64,000 nucleotides of DNA from Antedon mediterranea (lineage: Eukaryota; Animalia; Echinodermata), in the NCBI RefSeq assembly GCF_964355755.1, contig NC_092678.1, positions 20,229,365 to 20,293,364 on the forward strand. Direction: 5' to 3'. Made by a program: the position numbers and the translations under genes. The notes under the pieces are model-generated. The model searched no databases and was not told the DNA's origin. It was given only the letters and a program-made list of their open reading frames with translations. Position 1 is the first letter of the stretch, and every line of letters starts with the position of its first letter. Positions 46,401-59,101 of the stretch are shown piece after piece.

Positions 46401-49400
46401 GGTTCATCATATTTAATCGAGCACGCATCCATATTCTACGTATTCAAATTTCTTATACACGTTAATATGTTGTTGGTGAGATAATGTCCTTCCGAAATTG
46501 CTATCTTAGTGTTTAATTTTAATACCATGTTAAAAATTGGAATAAACGGTGGGTCCCGTAATTTCACCTATTCTACACTGTATGTAATATGTATACAGAT
46601 TATACTGCATATACTATATGACACAAAATAGACAGAATTCAGCACTAACAAGATATGATATTCTTCAGTTCAGGTCATAATGCCATAATCTTTTTCTGTG
46701 TGCAATATTCCAACGTATGACGTGCACGTGGCGTTTGTCGTGCGGATAACTAACTCGTCAAAGTGACGAGTTTCATGTCTAGTTTTTTTTTTTTTCTGTA
46801 TTATTGTGTCTCGCGTATCTCAAAAACTTGTAAACAAAACATTTTATAACTTTGTCAACATGTGGGCATTCACGTGAAATTGTGCACCTCCTATTGTGAA
46901 TGACGTCAGAATTGCGCAACGTGATTTACGCGCGTTTTAACGAATTTCGCGTATTTAACATAGATCGAAAACCATATAGCAATTTAAATTGAAACTTAAC
47001 AAAAGTTTAATTTATATCTTGCGCTAACTGACTGTGGAAAAAAAATGGCATGTTTCACAAGAAGTTACGCGCGCACGGGCGTTTAAAATTTCAAAATGCG
47101 AAAAATCAATTTCTAATCAACTTTCTACGCGTTTCATGTCATTTTGAGCATGTCAAAAATTCCCACGCGCGTGCATATTTTTACTCGAACGGTGCGCACG
47201 TAGCGTTGAAAATAAATTGTTTTCGCGTGATTCATGTTTTTCCAGCCTTTTCTGGTAATTTTACCAACTTTTGAACAATTTTGACCTAAAATTACGTCAT
47301 ACGGGCACATCCAATTGGATAATTTACGTGCGTTTTTGATGAAAAAGTTCAAAAATGTGTCAAAATTCGTCAAAATTATGCCTTTTTTTAAACATTCATA
47401 GATTCTAAACTACGAGGTGAACTTTTTTTAAATTATATATTCTGGAAGTTGATGAGTTGTAGATATGGAATCATGCATTAATATAGCTAATCGGACATTA
47501 TAACGTCATCGTATGGCCACGCGAATATAAAATATAGGATCTTTATATCTTTCGTCATAGCGCATCACATTTAATAGAGCGCATCTCCACTTATCCGTTT
47601 TTTATTTTCACCCCGATTTTGATATTGTCTAGGTGAATGAACTATCTTTCGCATGAGTTAAAAATATTTTAATTTTTATGACGTCATCATGTCGAAAATT
47701 GTAAATAACGTGGGTCACTTATTTTCATCTTTACAGTAAATTTCAATCTGTTATAGCTCATCAGAATAAAAAGTGATAATCATGATTAAAACGTTTTCTG
47801 GAAGCTATTGAATTGTAGATATGAAATCATGTAAACATTTTGCCAATCGGATGTTGTGACGTCATCATATGGCCAGTTGAATAAAAAAAATTGTATTTTC
47901 ATATTTTGCGTAATAGTTCATCACATTTAAAAGGGTGCGCATCTATATTTTACGTATTCAAATTTCTTCTACACGTTAATATGTTGTTCCTAAGATAATT
48001 TCCTTCTGAAATTGCTATCTATGTGTTTCATTTTGATACCGTCGCCATGTTAAAAATTGGAATAAATGGCGGGTCCCGTAATTTCACCTATTCTACACTG
48101 TATGTAATATGTATGCAGATTATACTGTAGTGTTTGCATGTATACTATATGACACAAAATTGACAGAATTCAGCACTAACAGCATATTATATTCTTCAGT
48201 TCTTGTCATAATGCCAAAATATTTATCTGTGTGCAATATTCCAACGTATGACGTGCACGTGGCGTTTGTCGTGGTGCGGATAACTAACTCGTCAAAGTGA
48301 CGAGTTTCATGTCTAGTTATAATTTATTTGGAACAACAGCACTCTACAGAGAACTTAATTAAAATAAAATACACCTTCAATATTTATAGAAATATCAAGT
48401 ACAGGTGCAAGAACATACATTGTTTTTTGGTTCCAAACATCAATTGCAATCGACAGAATTTGCTCAAGCATTGCCAATTCCTTCAGTCTAATATTCTGGA
48501 GGTCAGGTCATGAGGAAAGGATCTTCAGTAGTAGAATTATATAGGTTACATAAGCTGTCTTTATTGTTATCATCCGACCAGCTTAATATACATTGTAATG
48601 TATTGGACTGCAATTTTAATTTTAAACTTGCACTTTCGAACCCTATACATTGTGGTGCAACTATGTTCTTCTCCTGACATGCATAAACAGTGATACTTAT
48701 TGTGGTCTATGGTACTTGATAATCAAGAGAATTCAGTGTATTTTAAACTTTCTTATATTTTTAGTATTTTTACTCATCATCGGCATAATCGTTCTTTGTT
48801 GCAAGTTTAATGAGAAGTTTCGGAAATTTTTGGAAAATCTCTTTCCTGGCTATTCCTTTGGTAAGCTGTTTTTTCTATTACTTTAAAAAAAAGATTATAT
48901 GAAGAATTTTCCCCATCATTCTCTTTGCTCCAACCCATACACGGAAGATAAATGCAAGCAATGCGTCTACAATAAGCACTGCTCTTTTCCAATAGTGTAC
49001 CAAGTTTTTTATTGTACATGGTAGACCAACGGCTTAACAACAACCTGAAGGATGAGGCAATAAGGGAACTGTACCTTTTCACATGCCAGTCCAATTCATG
49101 AATACACCATTGTGATTTTTGGCCACTTCCCCTCTCGCTAGAGATTTAAAGGATTATCTTTGTATCATGCCGACGTTTTTATCTGTGTTTATTATTACAA
49201 TTGTATAGTAATGAAATAAATAAAATATAATTCTGTTAACAAACTCAACATTTTTCTTACCTGCAATCAAAAAGCCTAGCTGAAAAAATTATTTATTTTG
49301 TTATATGTTTTTTGGAAAACTGAAGTGTTAATTTTTTTCTTTTAGGCATAATACATAAAAAATTTGCAGAGGGTGATAATAAAATCCAGGATGAGAAATC

Positions 49401-52400
49401 TGATATCACACTGGTTAATATGGCAGGTAAACATTTACTTAATAAAATGTATTAAATAACAACATAATAAACAATGACACTACAGAACAGATGACTTGTA
49501 TTGTCCAAATAAACTGGAAATATTGAATATCGAAACGTGGCAGGCTCTAGTTAGAATTTATAATTTAAACTTACGATACTTTTATAGTATTGTATATATT
49601 CGGGAGTAGCCGCTGCATACTCTCTTTGCTTTTCTTCCTTATATGTATCTATACTCTTCATGTTCAATTATTTATACTAACATATAATTATTATATTGAT
49701 ACGTATAACATAACAGTTAAATATGTAAATGTAACAATTAATGAATAACCAATCTACTACACGATAATTTAATCTATACACAAGATCATTATTCCAAACT
49801 ATTTACACTAATAAAGTTAAATATCTTATTTCGATTTCTGAAAAAACATTTCAATCTTCTAGCTACTAAAGCTGAAGTATAGTCATATCTTGGGACCATT
49901 CTATAGTTAACACCAGATAGGTTTTCTTCATCAGTGCTTCTTCTGTTGAGCGCAGGAACGCTAGTTGACAATACCCAATTTAAAAACTCCTACAAAATGT
50001 AAAGTACAGTGATCTCTGGAAAGGTGCCATAATATAGTTGTTAATGTAATGTTATTTAAAGAATAAATTACATGCACACCTCTGTCCGTTTTTCTTCATC
50101 TGAGAAGGAAAATGCATTAGTAAATTGATTTTAATATTTTTTTGTTTCATTTTAAACATTTTTTCCCCAAATTGATGATTAAATAATGATTTTATTGTTT
50201 TTTAAAGGTGGTGAGGACAGTGTACCAAGTGACGAAAAAAAATCACAAGGTATAATGTTTTGTAATTTTTACAATTATAACCCACATGATTCCTTCATGT
50301 TCATTCATCTAAAACCTCCAATACCATAGGCCTACTGTAATCTCAATTCCTGCCAAGCAAACATTATAAAGTTTTGTTTCCACACAAGTGATTTCAATAT
50401 AATAGGGTTTTAGCTAAAATAGATAATAGACTGTACAAAAGCCATTATGTATTTTCCTAGATTTTCCATCAATTGACTATTCTTTTCACAAAAAAAATAA
50501 ATAAAAATAGTTTTTGTCCAGGTTTTTTCTTAAAACTTATCACTTGACATTATTTGGGTTCCACATACAGTAGAGACTTATACGCTCGTATTCCTAAACC
50601 AAACTTTAGTCGTAGTTCGAAGTTCGACTTGAAAAAGTCCTAGTTCGAGCTATTACTTCAATTTTGATTCATAAACGAAGTAATCAAAGTTTGCAGTTCG
50701 ACTTAATGAAGTCGAGCTTTTAGTCGAGTTGCACACATCTGGGTAACAAAGGCTATACATTGGCCAATGACAAGAGAGTATTTGAGGAGGCAGACGAAAT
50801 TTTGCTCATTGATATAACTTTCCATTTTCTTACAAAACGTTTTACGCATCAGGACTATAATACATGAAAAATAATTTTAATTGTTAATTATTAGAACAAG
50901 ATCAGTATTAATTAATAACAGTGAAGTACTTTTGATTAACAACAAACAAAATCTTCAAAATATATTTAGGAACCATGGCTTATTTTCTAGGCCTCCAACA
51001 AAGTATGATCGCGACGAACCACGTACTTCATAGTGTGACAAGAAAGCGCTAGGCCCCCTAAACATTCCATCGCGTGGTGAGTTTCCGCATCTCCCATTGT
51101 CGCTATGGCGTGACGTAGTTCAAAAATAATAATGTAATTTGTATAATATGGTTGTAAATAAACATGATTTAAGCATAAACATATACCAATGTATATTTAA
51201 GTAAGCTAATATAAAAATATTTCATTCTTCAATATCTGGCCAATATTACAACTCAATGACTGTTTAACCTTGTTTAAATACCATTTATTTGGTGATTTAG
51301 CCTGCCCCCTCGAGGACTAAAAAAATCGATCAAAATCCGTCTCGATTTAAGTCCGGTTTAAGAAGACGGGCGATAGAGTCTAATCAGACTATGGTTTCTG
51401 CAAAATAAATTTCACATTGTGCACAGGTTCAACTTGGAAATATGAAATATCGTGGCCAAACATACTGTATGTAATCAATATTGGGCATCAGCATCTAAAC
51501 AAGGTGTGGCCTATTCTGACGTGTATTGTGGAAAGTGCATCACCAAAAAATTATTTTAGGTAACCAAAAGGAGTGTAGAGAGACTATGAGGATACTTGTA
51601 ATATAATTCAATACAATCAGGAGAAACAATAAATGTGGAAACTCCCGCGATTAACGCGAGACTTGATTGTGCTACACACCTACTAACTATATATAATACT
51701 GTATTCGAAGTGTTAAGAAGTGTCCAAAATGGCTTTTGTCAGATATCCCATGTTTATTTGCAATTCTTTATATAGATTACAGTATACAATTTTGACTCTA
51801 GTAATGAATATGAATAAAATTAAATCAATTTTTCATTTGTTTATTATACAGAAACTATGAGTGCATCATGTAAAAATGATGTTGACAAGCCTAAAGGTTA
51901 GTTTAAACTCTTACCTTTTATAAAAAGAGTATAATATGCAAAGATTTATTTAAATAAAACTAATTACCTAATGATAGTTTTTCTTAGTTAGACAATAACT
52001 ATTTTAATCTAACTGGTTACTGAAAAAGGGAGAGGATTGGGGGAGGTAGAGAGAGGATTGGGGGAGGTAGAGAGAGAGGATTGGGGGAGGTAGAGAGAGG
52101 GAGAGGAACTCTAACATCTCTAATATGTAAAGATGGATAAAGGTAAATGCAAGAAAACTGAAAAAGTTTCATTAACCAAGACCCAAATTCTTTTTGTTTT
52201 TGTAATTAAAACGCTTTTATATGGCCCTTTGTCAAAAAAAATGTAATCAATCATTTTGACAATTCAAAAGATATGTGTAATATTGAAATTATATTATTAT
52301 TATTTAGCGATTGAGGAACAAGAGCCACTTATGAAGTCTGATGACGTTTTCGTCAAAAAAGGTAGTGGAAATTTAGGGAAATCTGCTGCTTTAAAAAAGA

Positions 52401-54734
52401 GGTTTCCAAGACGACGTTCCTCGACCTCCAGCCTTCCTGATGTACCAGAAAACCGTCAATTATCAGTGGTTCTACGAAAATGGTGCTATCGTAAGAATTA
52501 AGATCATTCAATATTCTTCTGATTTGCGTTCTTTAAAAAATTAAACATAATGTGTTTTAACTTCTATGAATGATTGCTTAAAACACTTTTTTGTTTTCAT
52601 ATAGTGTACCTATACTTTGTTTTTATGGTATACAGTAATGCCTAAATAGATTTCTGTCATTTGATGATAAAAAATAAGCACCCTATTTTTGTCGGCGGAA
52701 GATAAATAAAAAAATAAAATAATAGATCCTTAAATTTTATGGCCTGTCACTTTCACTTTCATTTTTAATTACTCTTTTTATTTTATTTATTTCTTGGATT
52801 ACTTTTTTTATGTGAAGCGCATTTATGACATTAAAAGTCCAAATTTATTATTATTATTGAATAAAAACAGATATTTTATATTCATAGAGGATAGGGCAAG
52901 AGTTGAACCGGAACATGTTTCTGAAATCTCAAAACACATTGGGAAAGAAGTAGCAAGGATTGGTTTCATGCTTGGCTTAACAAATGGGGAAGTGGAAACT
53001 ATTGAGCATAACCACAAGTCAGATCTTTCTAGACAGAATTTAGTAGTTTTGCAGATATGGTTGGAAAAGAGAGGTGTTTCTGCTACGAAAAGTGTTCTTG
53101 CACGTGCTCTTAACAGTATTGGAAGACCCGAACTTGCATTAAAACATTTATGGACTGACCAAGAATGGAAACAAGGTAATTCCTTTAGTTCGAATGTTTG
53201 TTTTCATGAAAAAGATGTATATTTAAAGCCATGACCATAGAGATAATATTGAATAACTAGACAGTCAACTCTAACACAATCACATCTCTTTTTAACATGG
53301 AGAGGAACCATCAAAATATTGCAGTATCGCATTAGCTGTGCCGTGCCTACTACTTGGCCATTCACCACTATATCTCTGTTGTAGTATGTTAACTGTATCA
53401 AATGTATTCTTAATAGTTAATTTTATAAAAAGTGTACTGTATTTAAAACAAATATGTTGCCATTTCGGGGAGTCCTTGCCCTGTCAAATTACTAATTGTC
53501 TCTTAGGTAACTCTTGAGTAGATTAGTATATATCTCTAAATAGCCATGACAGATTTTTTTTTTTTTCGACTGTCAGAATATTTAAGTTTTTTTTATATGT
53601 TCACCTATATTTAACATTAATTTAATTTAGGGATGCAAGCAGTCAATAAAGAATCAACGTTTTGGAAAAGAAGAAAAAGTCGGGAATTGGTGATCAAACT
53701 TGATTCTGGTTAGTACTTGTTCAACTTCATTGACCAATTATAATTTTCAAGCCCTACTCCTCCAAACCTACAGTACTGTACCTTTCTATAAAACTTTATA
53801 TAAGAAATTGTAATCAGACCTAAGCCATATTAAAATTGACCATTCTACTGTATTCTCTCCAGTGTCTGTCTGTAAGTTTTTAGGTTTTTTAAGTCTTTTA
53901 GTGTGTTAATTTTAGATGGACAGATAAATTACAATCTGTTTTTTATTTCTTTATTTAAAATTGTATTTTATAGATTATTTTGATGGCAAGGATTGGGAAA
54001 TGCAAAGCACATGGCAAGGTATCTGGGAAATTATGTTAGAAAATGACTTTGGGAATTTCAGACAACTCAAATTAGCTTGCGGTGCCGTAGAATTACAACA
54101 GCCACCCCTTGAAGGTGCAGAAAGCTGTCCATATTTTAAGGGGAATCTTTGCTTGGATCAAAATGCTGAACAATTGATTGATTCAGAGTTTATACATCTG
54201 AAGCCAGTTTGTGTATCAGATGGCGTTAACTGTTTATTCTCTGCTGCATCTGTTATCTACTATGGTTCAGAAGATAATTTTCTTGAGTTAAAACTACGTA
54301 CAGTTATTGAGTTGGCCTATCATAAAGATCACTATATGAGACAAAAAGCACTTATCAAGTGTATAAAAGCGGAGTACGCACTGACCAAGTTAGAAGAGAA
54401 TGATGTATTAACCAAACCTAAAGATGTAGAAGCAAACTTTGAAAATTCTATCCGGCAAACATTAAGTGAACAAAACCTCTTCAGCCTGCAGGGAAACTCC
54501 ATCCAGCTGTTCGGCCTTGCATCAGTTTTAAACTGCAATATTCAGTCCGTCTTTCCTACGATGGGTGCATCGGAAACAAGCCCTTTGAATGTACTTATCA
54601 CTCCACGTAAGGAACAAGAAAATCCAGCAACAGTTTTCATTATGTGGTCTAGGCACACACCATTACCTGAAGATGGACAGTTTGTTCCTAATCACTTTGT
54701 CCCTCTTCTTCAAGAACCACCAACCATAAATTAG
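40442..54734 (+). CDS. Gene B: paralogous TNFR death receptor with C-terminal vertnin-like OTU domain (12 coding exons, ~700 aa)
   Basis: GT-AG, frame-consistent exons: 40442-40525 (signal MELSHFTIPIIFVFIQYSIILA), 42798-42906 and 44482-44739 (Cys-rich), 44882-44959, 48765-48860 (TM), 49346-49426, 50208-50249, 51852-51896, 52308-52490, 52888-53175 (death domain), 53631-53708 and 53974-54734 (OTU-like). The last three exons match gene A in length (288, 78, 761 nt). Confidence 0.87.
44482..44739 (+). CDS. Gene B exon 3: TNFR cysteine-rich repeats
   Basis: DGTFSSGEVGGICQNCHHCLHGENKIEECTREKDTVCECPYGKYITSSRVCLSCEKCGEEDCKKVC, inside ORF 44394-44768. Confidence 0.9.
45203..48316 (+). mobile_element. 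Head-to-tail dimer of a ~1.55-kb Helentron/DINE-like non-autonomous element
   Basis: 5' subterminal TTAGTTATCCGCA with adjacent inverted GCGGATAACT and a T/C-rich tract. Both units end TGCGGATAACTAA-CTCGTC aaagt GACGAG-TTTCATGTCTAG|TT (46782 and 48316). Confidence 0.8.
50574..51381. mobile_element. MITE with imperfect TIRs
   Basis: AGACTTATACGCTCGTATTCCTAAACC ... GGTTTAAGAAGACGGGCGATAGAGTCT. Confidence 0.55.
52027..52105. repeat. Purine-rich tandem repeat, about 3 copies
   Basis: GAGAGGATTGGGGGAGGTA repeated. Confidence 0.85.
52888..53175 (+). CDS. Gene B death-domain exon
   Basis: HVSEISKHIGKEVARIGFMLGLTNGEVETIEHNHKSDLSRQNLVVLQIWLEKRGVSATKSVLARALNSIGRPELA. Confidence 0.88.
53974..54734 (+). 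CDS. Gene B last exon: vertnin-like OTU domain
   Basis: PVCVSDGVNCLFSAAS....GSE....ELKLRTVIEL...IMWS...PNHFVPL. Confidence 0.88.
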
Positions 54735-56661
54735 TCTTCTGGTTATTCACACACAGAATAATTGTCCCTAGTTAGTTTTATTGAAATCAACTGTTGAGGG
54801 CGCTATGTTTTTTTTTTACCTTGGTCGCATTTTGCCCTTGCATGGTCTTTTTTCGGAGAAAATTTATAGTTTTTGAGTAGTAGTTAACTGAGTTTAAGTA
54901 GTTTGACTGAAAAAAAAAATCTTTTGCGATCGAGGTTTAAGATAAAAAAAAAACTAATTCTTTCCTTGTTGAAAAATTTCAAACCCACCTTAATTTTTAT
55001 TTGATCCGTCTACAAACAAGTGTCCTTTAAAATTTTATTTTGGCCAGAATTTTCTGATATTCAACTTTCTATGCAAGAAAATATGGTAAGGGTGGTTAAA
55101 AGATTGAATGCAAAACCTTGAAGTAGTTTTTCATTTGAATACTGTTAACAATTTTTAGAATTAATTAAGGTTTTATAAATGGTATTAGTAGAAGTATATA
55201 ATATATTCATTACAATGGCTGATTTATTGATATTTTTGAAAAAGTAAAGTATTTTTGAAATATATTTTCAATTACTATATGACAGTAGATAAAAGTTTAC
55301 AATATAATTGGAAAAATTTTATATTCCTTTGAGTTGAACTAAACATTTTAAATGTAAAAAGCAAAAGTGGGCTTATGTTAAAATGGAACTGAAAGAAACT
55401 TTGTTGACATAAGTGATCCGAGAAACTGACTTCAACTGACCACAAAGCTACGCAAACTATGTCGACATAAGCTGAGTTGAGTTGCGGATCTGATAGGAAC
55501 AAAAAAAAAACTGTGGTTCATGTTGACATGGTATTTGTAATCACGACCAGTTGTAATGTCAGCAAGGATTGTGTGCCCATTGGTTCCACTCCTCAATTAC
55601 AGATTGCGTCGCGTATGCAGTATGGGTAACCATGACTAGATAGAATCCGTTCCATACTTGGTACACTAGATATTTTGCTTCTCCAATGGCGACACGTGTC
55701 CTATTGTTACTTTCCATACATAAGAGCTTGTATACTACTAGTTACTTTCAGATAAGTTTTACTGTTTATGTCGGTGTATATATTAACTTAATACTGAAGT
55801 CTGTATAACAGGTGATATTGAACAAATTCCAATATCAATCATTCCTAATGAAAATCTGTGTTTTGTGTGTTTAAAAAACAAATTAGAAATAGTTTTTAAA
55901 ATGACAATGTGTACAGTATTTGTAATGTTACTTATGTATGTGTTACTTAAAAATATAAGTATTTGGATGTTACTTTTAGCATGGAGTACTTTTAGTAAAC
56001 AAGAGTCACTCAACGCATCAGTGTATCTCTACATACATTTATTACTGTATCATGTTCATCACATGTGCCACCTACAGTATATCATGGTTAGATCAAGGTT
56101 AGATCAAGATTACAAAACGATGCATGTGATACATATGTGACACTGTATCACAGAATTTGCCTATGATACTGGACAAGGTACAGATACAGTACTGAGAATT
56201 AAGTATATAACTTTACTACACATATCTTTCATTTATAGCTGCTTTTATATTATTGGCAACAAAATAGCTATACATATCAATATATTTTATTTTCAATATA
56301 TTATGTGGATTGTGATTTTTTAAAAATTGTGTGTTATAAGTGTTAATGTGGAAACAGAAATATTAATTTTGTATTCTTGTAGTTTAAAGTAGATAAGTAT
56401 TATATTTTAATTGACAAAACCAATTGTAACTAATTAAATATATAGCAATTATATTTATGCATTGTATTAATTAGCTGTCTTTCTTACATCATGGGTAACA
56501 CACCTTATTTATGGTAGATGGGAAAGAAGATATTTTTTAATTGTATTGTAAAGAAATTTTAAATAATTTATGATCGCATACATTAATATCAATTTTATAA
56601 TTTTTTATTTTTTAAATATTTAAAATTTGCATATTTTCACATGTAGATAAGTTATATGCAA

Positions 56662-56945
56662 CACCGGCGCAGATCCTTGGGGGTTGAGGGACATGTCCCC
56701 TCACATATTATTTAGTGGGCCCCCCTCACTTTTCAACAGCAAAATCATTAAATTATTGATGAAATAGAAAGTAAGACTTCTATGACACGCATGACGTATT
56801 TGTATGTAATTCCAGAAAATACAGTACCTAAGAAGAATAGATTTTGCGTGAATATAACTAGTGGTGCATCGGCCACCTGGCCCCCAGCCTAAAGTATTTC
56901 ATTTTTTTACATCCCCCCAATATTTAAAACGGATCTGCGTCGTTG
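56662..56945. mobile_element. Small MITE in the gene B 3' region
   Basis: CACCGGCGCAGATCC ... GGATCTGCGTCGTTG inverted ends. It is absent from the homologous gene A 3' region (~34755). Confidence 0.6.
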
Positions 56946-57462
56946 GTTATATGTACACAGATTAGAATATGTTTGTCTTGTCACTAAATCCCACCTGAAT
57001 GATTGACCCCAAACTTGACCCAATGTTGATTTCCAATGAGGCCACTTTTATATATAGAGGATAACATTACATGCTATTCTAAGTCTTTAGCGCAACAAAA
57101 GTATTTCAGAAAAATATTTAAAAACAACATTTCTGGTAATCTATAGCTTGTGATTGGTCAGTTATTGCGTCATTGTGTTGCCTCCTATGGAAACCATTGC
57201 TTTATAATAATTCAATGCAATTTGTGCTAAATAATAGTTAGATAAATTGTTTTGATGTTTTATTATTCATCATTTTAATAATATATTTGCACTGCCCAGC
57301 TATAATATTTTGCCATTATTATTATAATTAATGTATGGTGATGCTGTCTTGTAAATAACTTACTAAAGAAGTGTCGATTGTTTTTGGGGGTGGCGAGGGG
57401 GATATAATTACTCGTTCCATGTGTTTTCCACTTTACATATTCATAGAGTTTTTGTCCTATAT

Positions 57463-59043
57463 TAGTCATAGTCATAGTCATATATACTTTATTGTCCATT
57501 TAAAAAACAGAAATGTGATTTGAAAACTGGCAAAATACAAAAATATAAAATACAATTTACAAGAACACACACAAAAAGTTAAGAGGCTAAAAATTGTTAA
57601 AATTAGATAAAAATTATCGGTTACATTTTACCTTTGTACTCTGGAGTTATATAAGTGTATAGCATTAGGTACAAACGAGCACCTAAACCGTTTTGTTTTG
57701 GTATTAAGTGCACGTAGTCTTATGCCAGAATTCATGAGAGCAAATTGTTTGTGAAGAGGATGTGTTTCATCATCAATGATACTTTTTACTTTTTTTAACA
57801 CATTTTCTTTATACAAGGATTCAACATCAGGTAAGTGCTCTCCTACTAGTCTAATTGCTCTATTTCCTATTCGATTAAGTTTAATTTTATCTTTTTGCAT
57901 TGTATTACCATAAAAACAAACATTACAAAAAAGTATTACACTGAGAATTACAGAGTTATAAAACAATTTAAGTATAGTTTTGTCAATTTGTAGGTACTTC
58001 ATTTTTCTTAAAATAAACATCCTTTGGTTGGCTTTGCATGTGGCTTTATTTACATTATTTATCCAATTTAGCTTATTGTCAATTATACAACCCAGATATT
58101 TGTACTCATTTACTACTTCAATCTCATTTTCATTTATAATCAGAGGTTCTAAGGGTTCTTTAATTTTCCTAAAATCAATTTGCATTTCTTTTGTTTTCTT
58201 TATGTTTAGTTTCAGGTTGTTATTGCAGAACCAGTGATAAAAATCACATCCTAGTTGTCTATAGCTTGTTTCATCATTGCCAGTAATGTATCCAGTGATG
58301 ACTGTGTCATCTGCATATTTTACTATACAACATTCATTTGAATTGGCTCTGAAACTGCTGGTGAACAGTGAAAACAACATTGGGGAGATAACAGACCCTT
58401 GTGGCGTGCCAATGCTAACAGTTCTTTTATCAGATAAAATACCGTTTAGTTTAACATACTGGAACCTTTTTGTTAAGAAATTATATATCCATGAAGTCAA
58501 TGTGTCGTTTACGTTCATTTCTTTAAGTTTGCGTACTAATGAACCAGGTTCAACGGTATTAAAAGCACTAGAAAAATCTATATACAAACATCTTACATAT
58601 GATTTAGGCACATCTAAATGTTGGTAAATATTATGTAAGTGGAAGAGCACAGCATCTTCAACACTTCTATTACTCTGATAGGCAAATTGGAGAGGATCGA
58701 GAAACAATTTGGTCTGATCAAGCAACTGCCTAAGTACAATCTTTTCTAGGCACTTACCAACATTGGATGTGATAGCTATTGGCCTATAGTCATTAAGTTC
58801 CTTGGGATTTTTTATCTTAGGAATAGGTGAGATACAGGCCGTTTTCCATTGATTGGGCACTGTACCACTTGCTAAACTCTCATTAAAAAGTTTGGTATAT
58901 ATCGGTGCCAACTCTTGGTTGCAGTATTTAATAACACGATTTCCAATTCCATCAGGGCCAGTACTTTTACCAGGCTTTACTTTGGCGAATACATTACGCA
59001 CATCAACTACATTTATGACTGCATTGTTTACTAATGAAGTCTC
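57463..59043 (-). mobile_element. 5'-truncated Rex1/Babar-type LINE
   Basis: RT ORF, then a 3' UTR with AATAAA and an (ATGACT)3 tail. The insertion interrupts sequence that is contiguous in the gene A 3' region (~35284). Confidence 0.9.
57628..59001 (-). CDS. Reverse transcriptase domain of the truncated LINE
   Basis: KSTGPDGI, LNDYRPIA, DPLQFAY, DFSSAFNT, GTPQGS, KYADD, and a C-terminal TKRFRCSFVPNAI motif typical of Rex1/Babar. The endonuclease is missing. Confidence 0.92.
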   Translation of the reverse strand: MRNVFAKVKPGKSTGPDGIGNRVIKYCNQELAPIYTKLFNESLASGTVPNQWKTACISPIPKIKNPKELNDYRPIAITSNVGKCLEKIVLRQLLDQTKLFLDPLQFAYQSNRSVEDAVLFHLHNIYQHLDVPKSYVRCLYIDFSSAFNTVEPGSLVRKLKEMNVNDTLTSWIYNFLTKRFQYVKLNGILSDKRTVSIGTPQGSVISPMLFSLFTSSFRANSNECCIVKYADDTVITGYITGNDETSYRQLGCDFYHWFCNNNLKLNIKKTKEMQIDFRKIKEPLEPLIINENEIEVVNEYKYLGCIIDNKLNWINNVNKATCKANQRMFILRKMKYLQIDKTILKLFYNSVILSVILFCNVCFYGNTMQKDKIKLNRIGNRAIRLVGEHLPDVESLYKENVLKKVKSIIDDETHPLHKQFALMNSGIRLRALNTKTKRFRCSFVPNAIHLYNSRVQR

Positions 59044-59101
59044 ATTTTATTTGAACATATTATGAAATAATAGAATGTCTTATATCAAAAGTAAAAAATA
59101 A

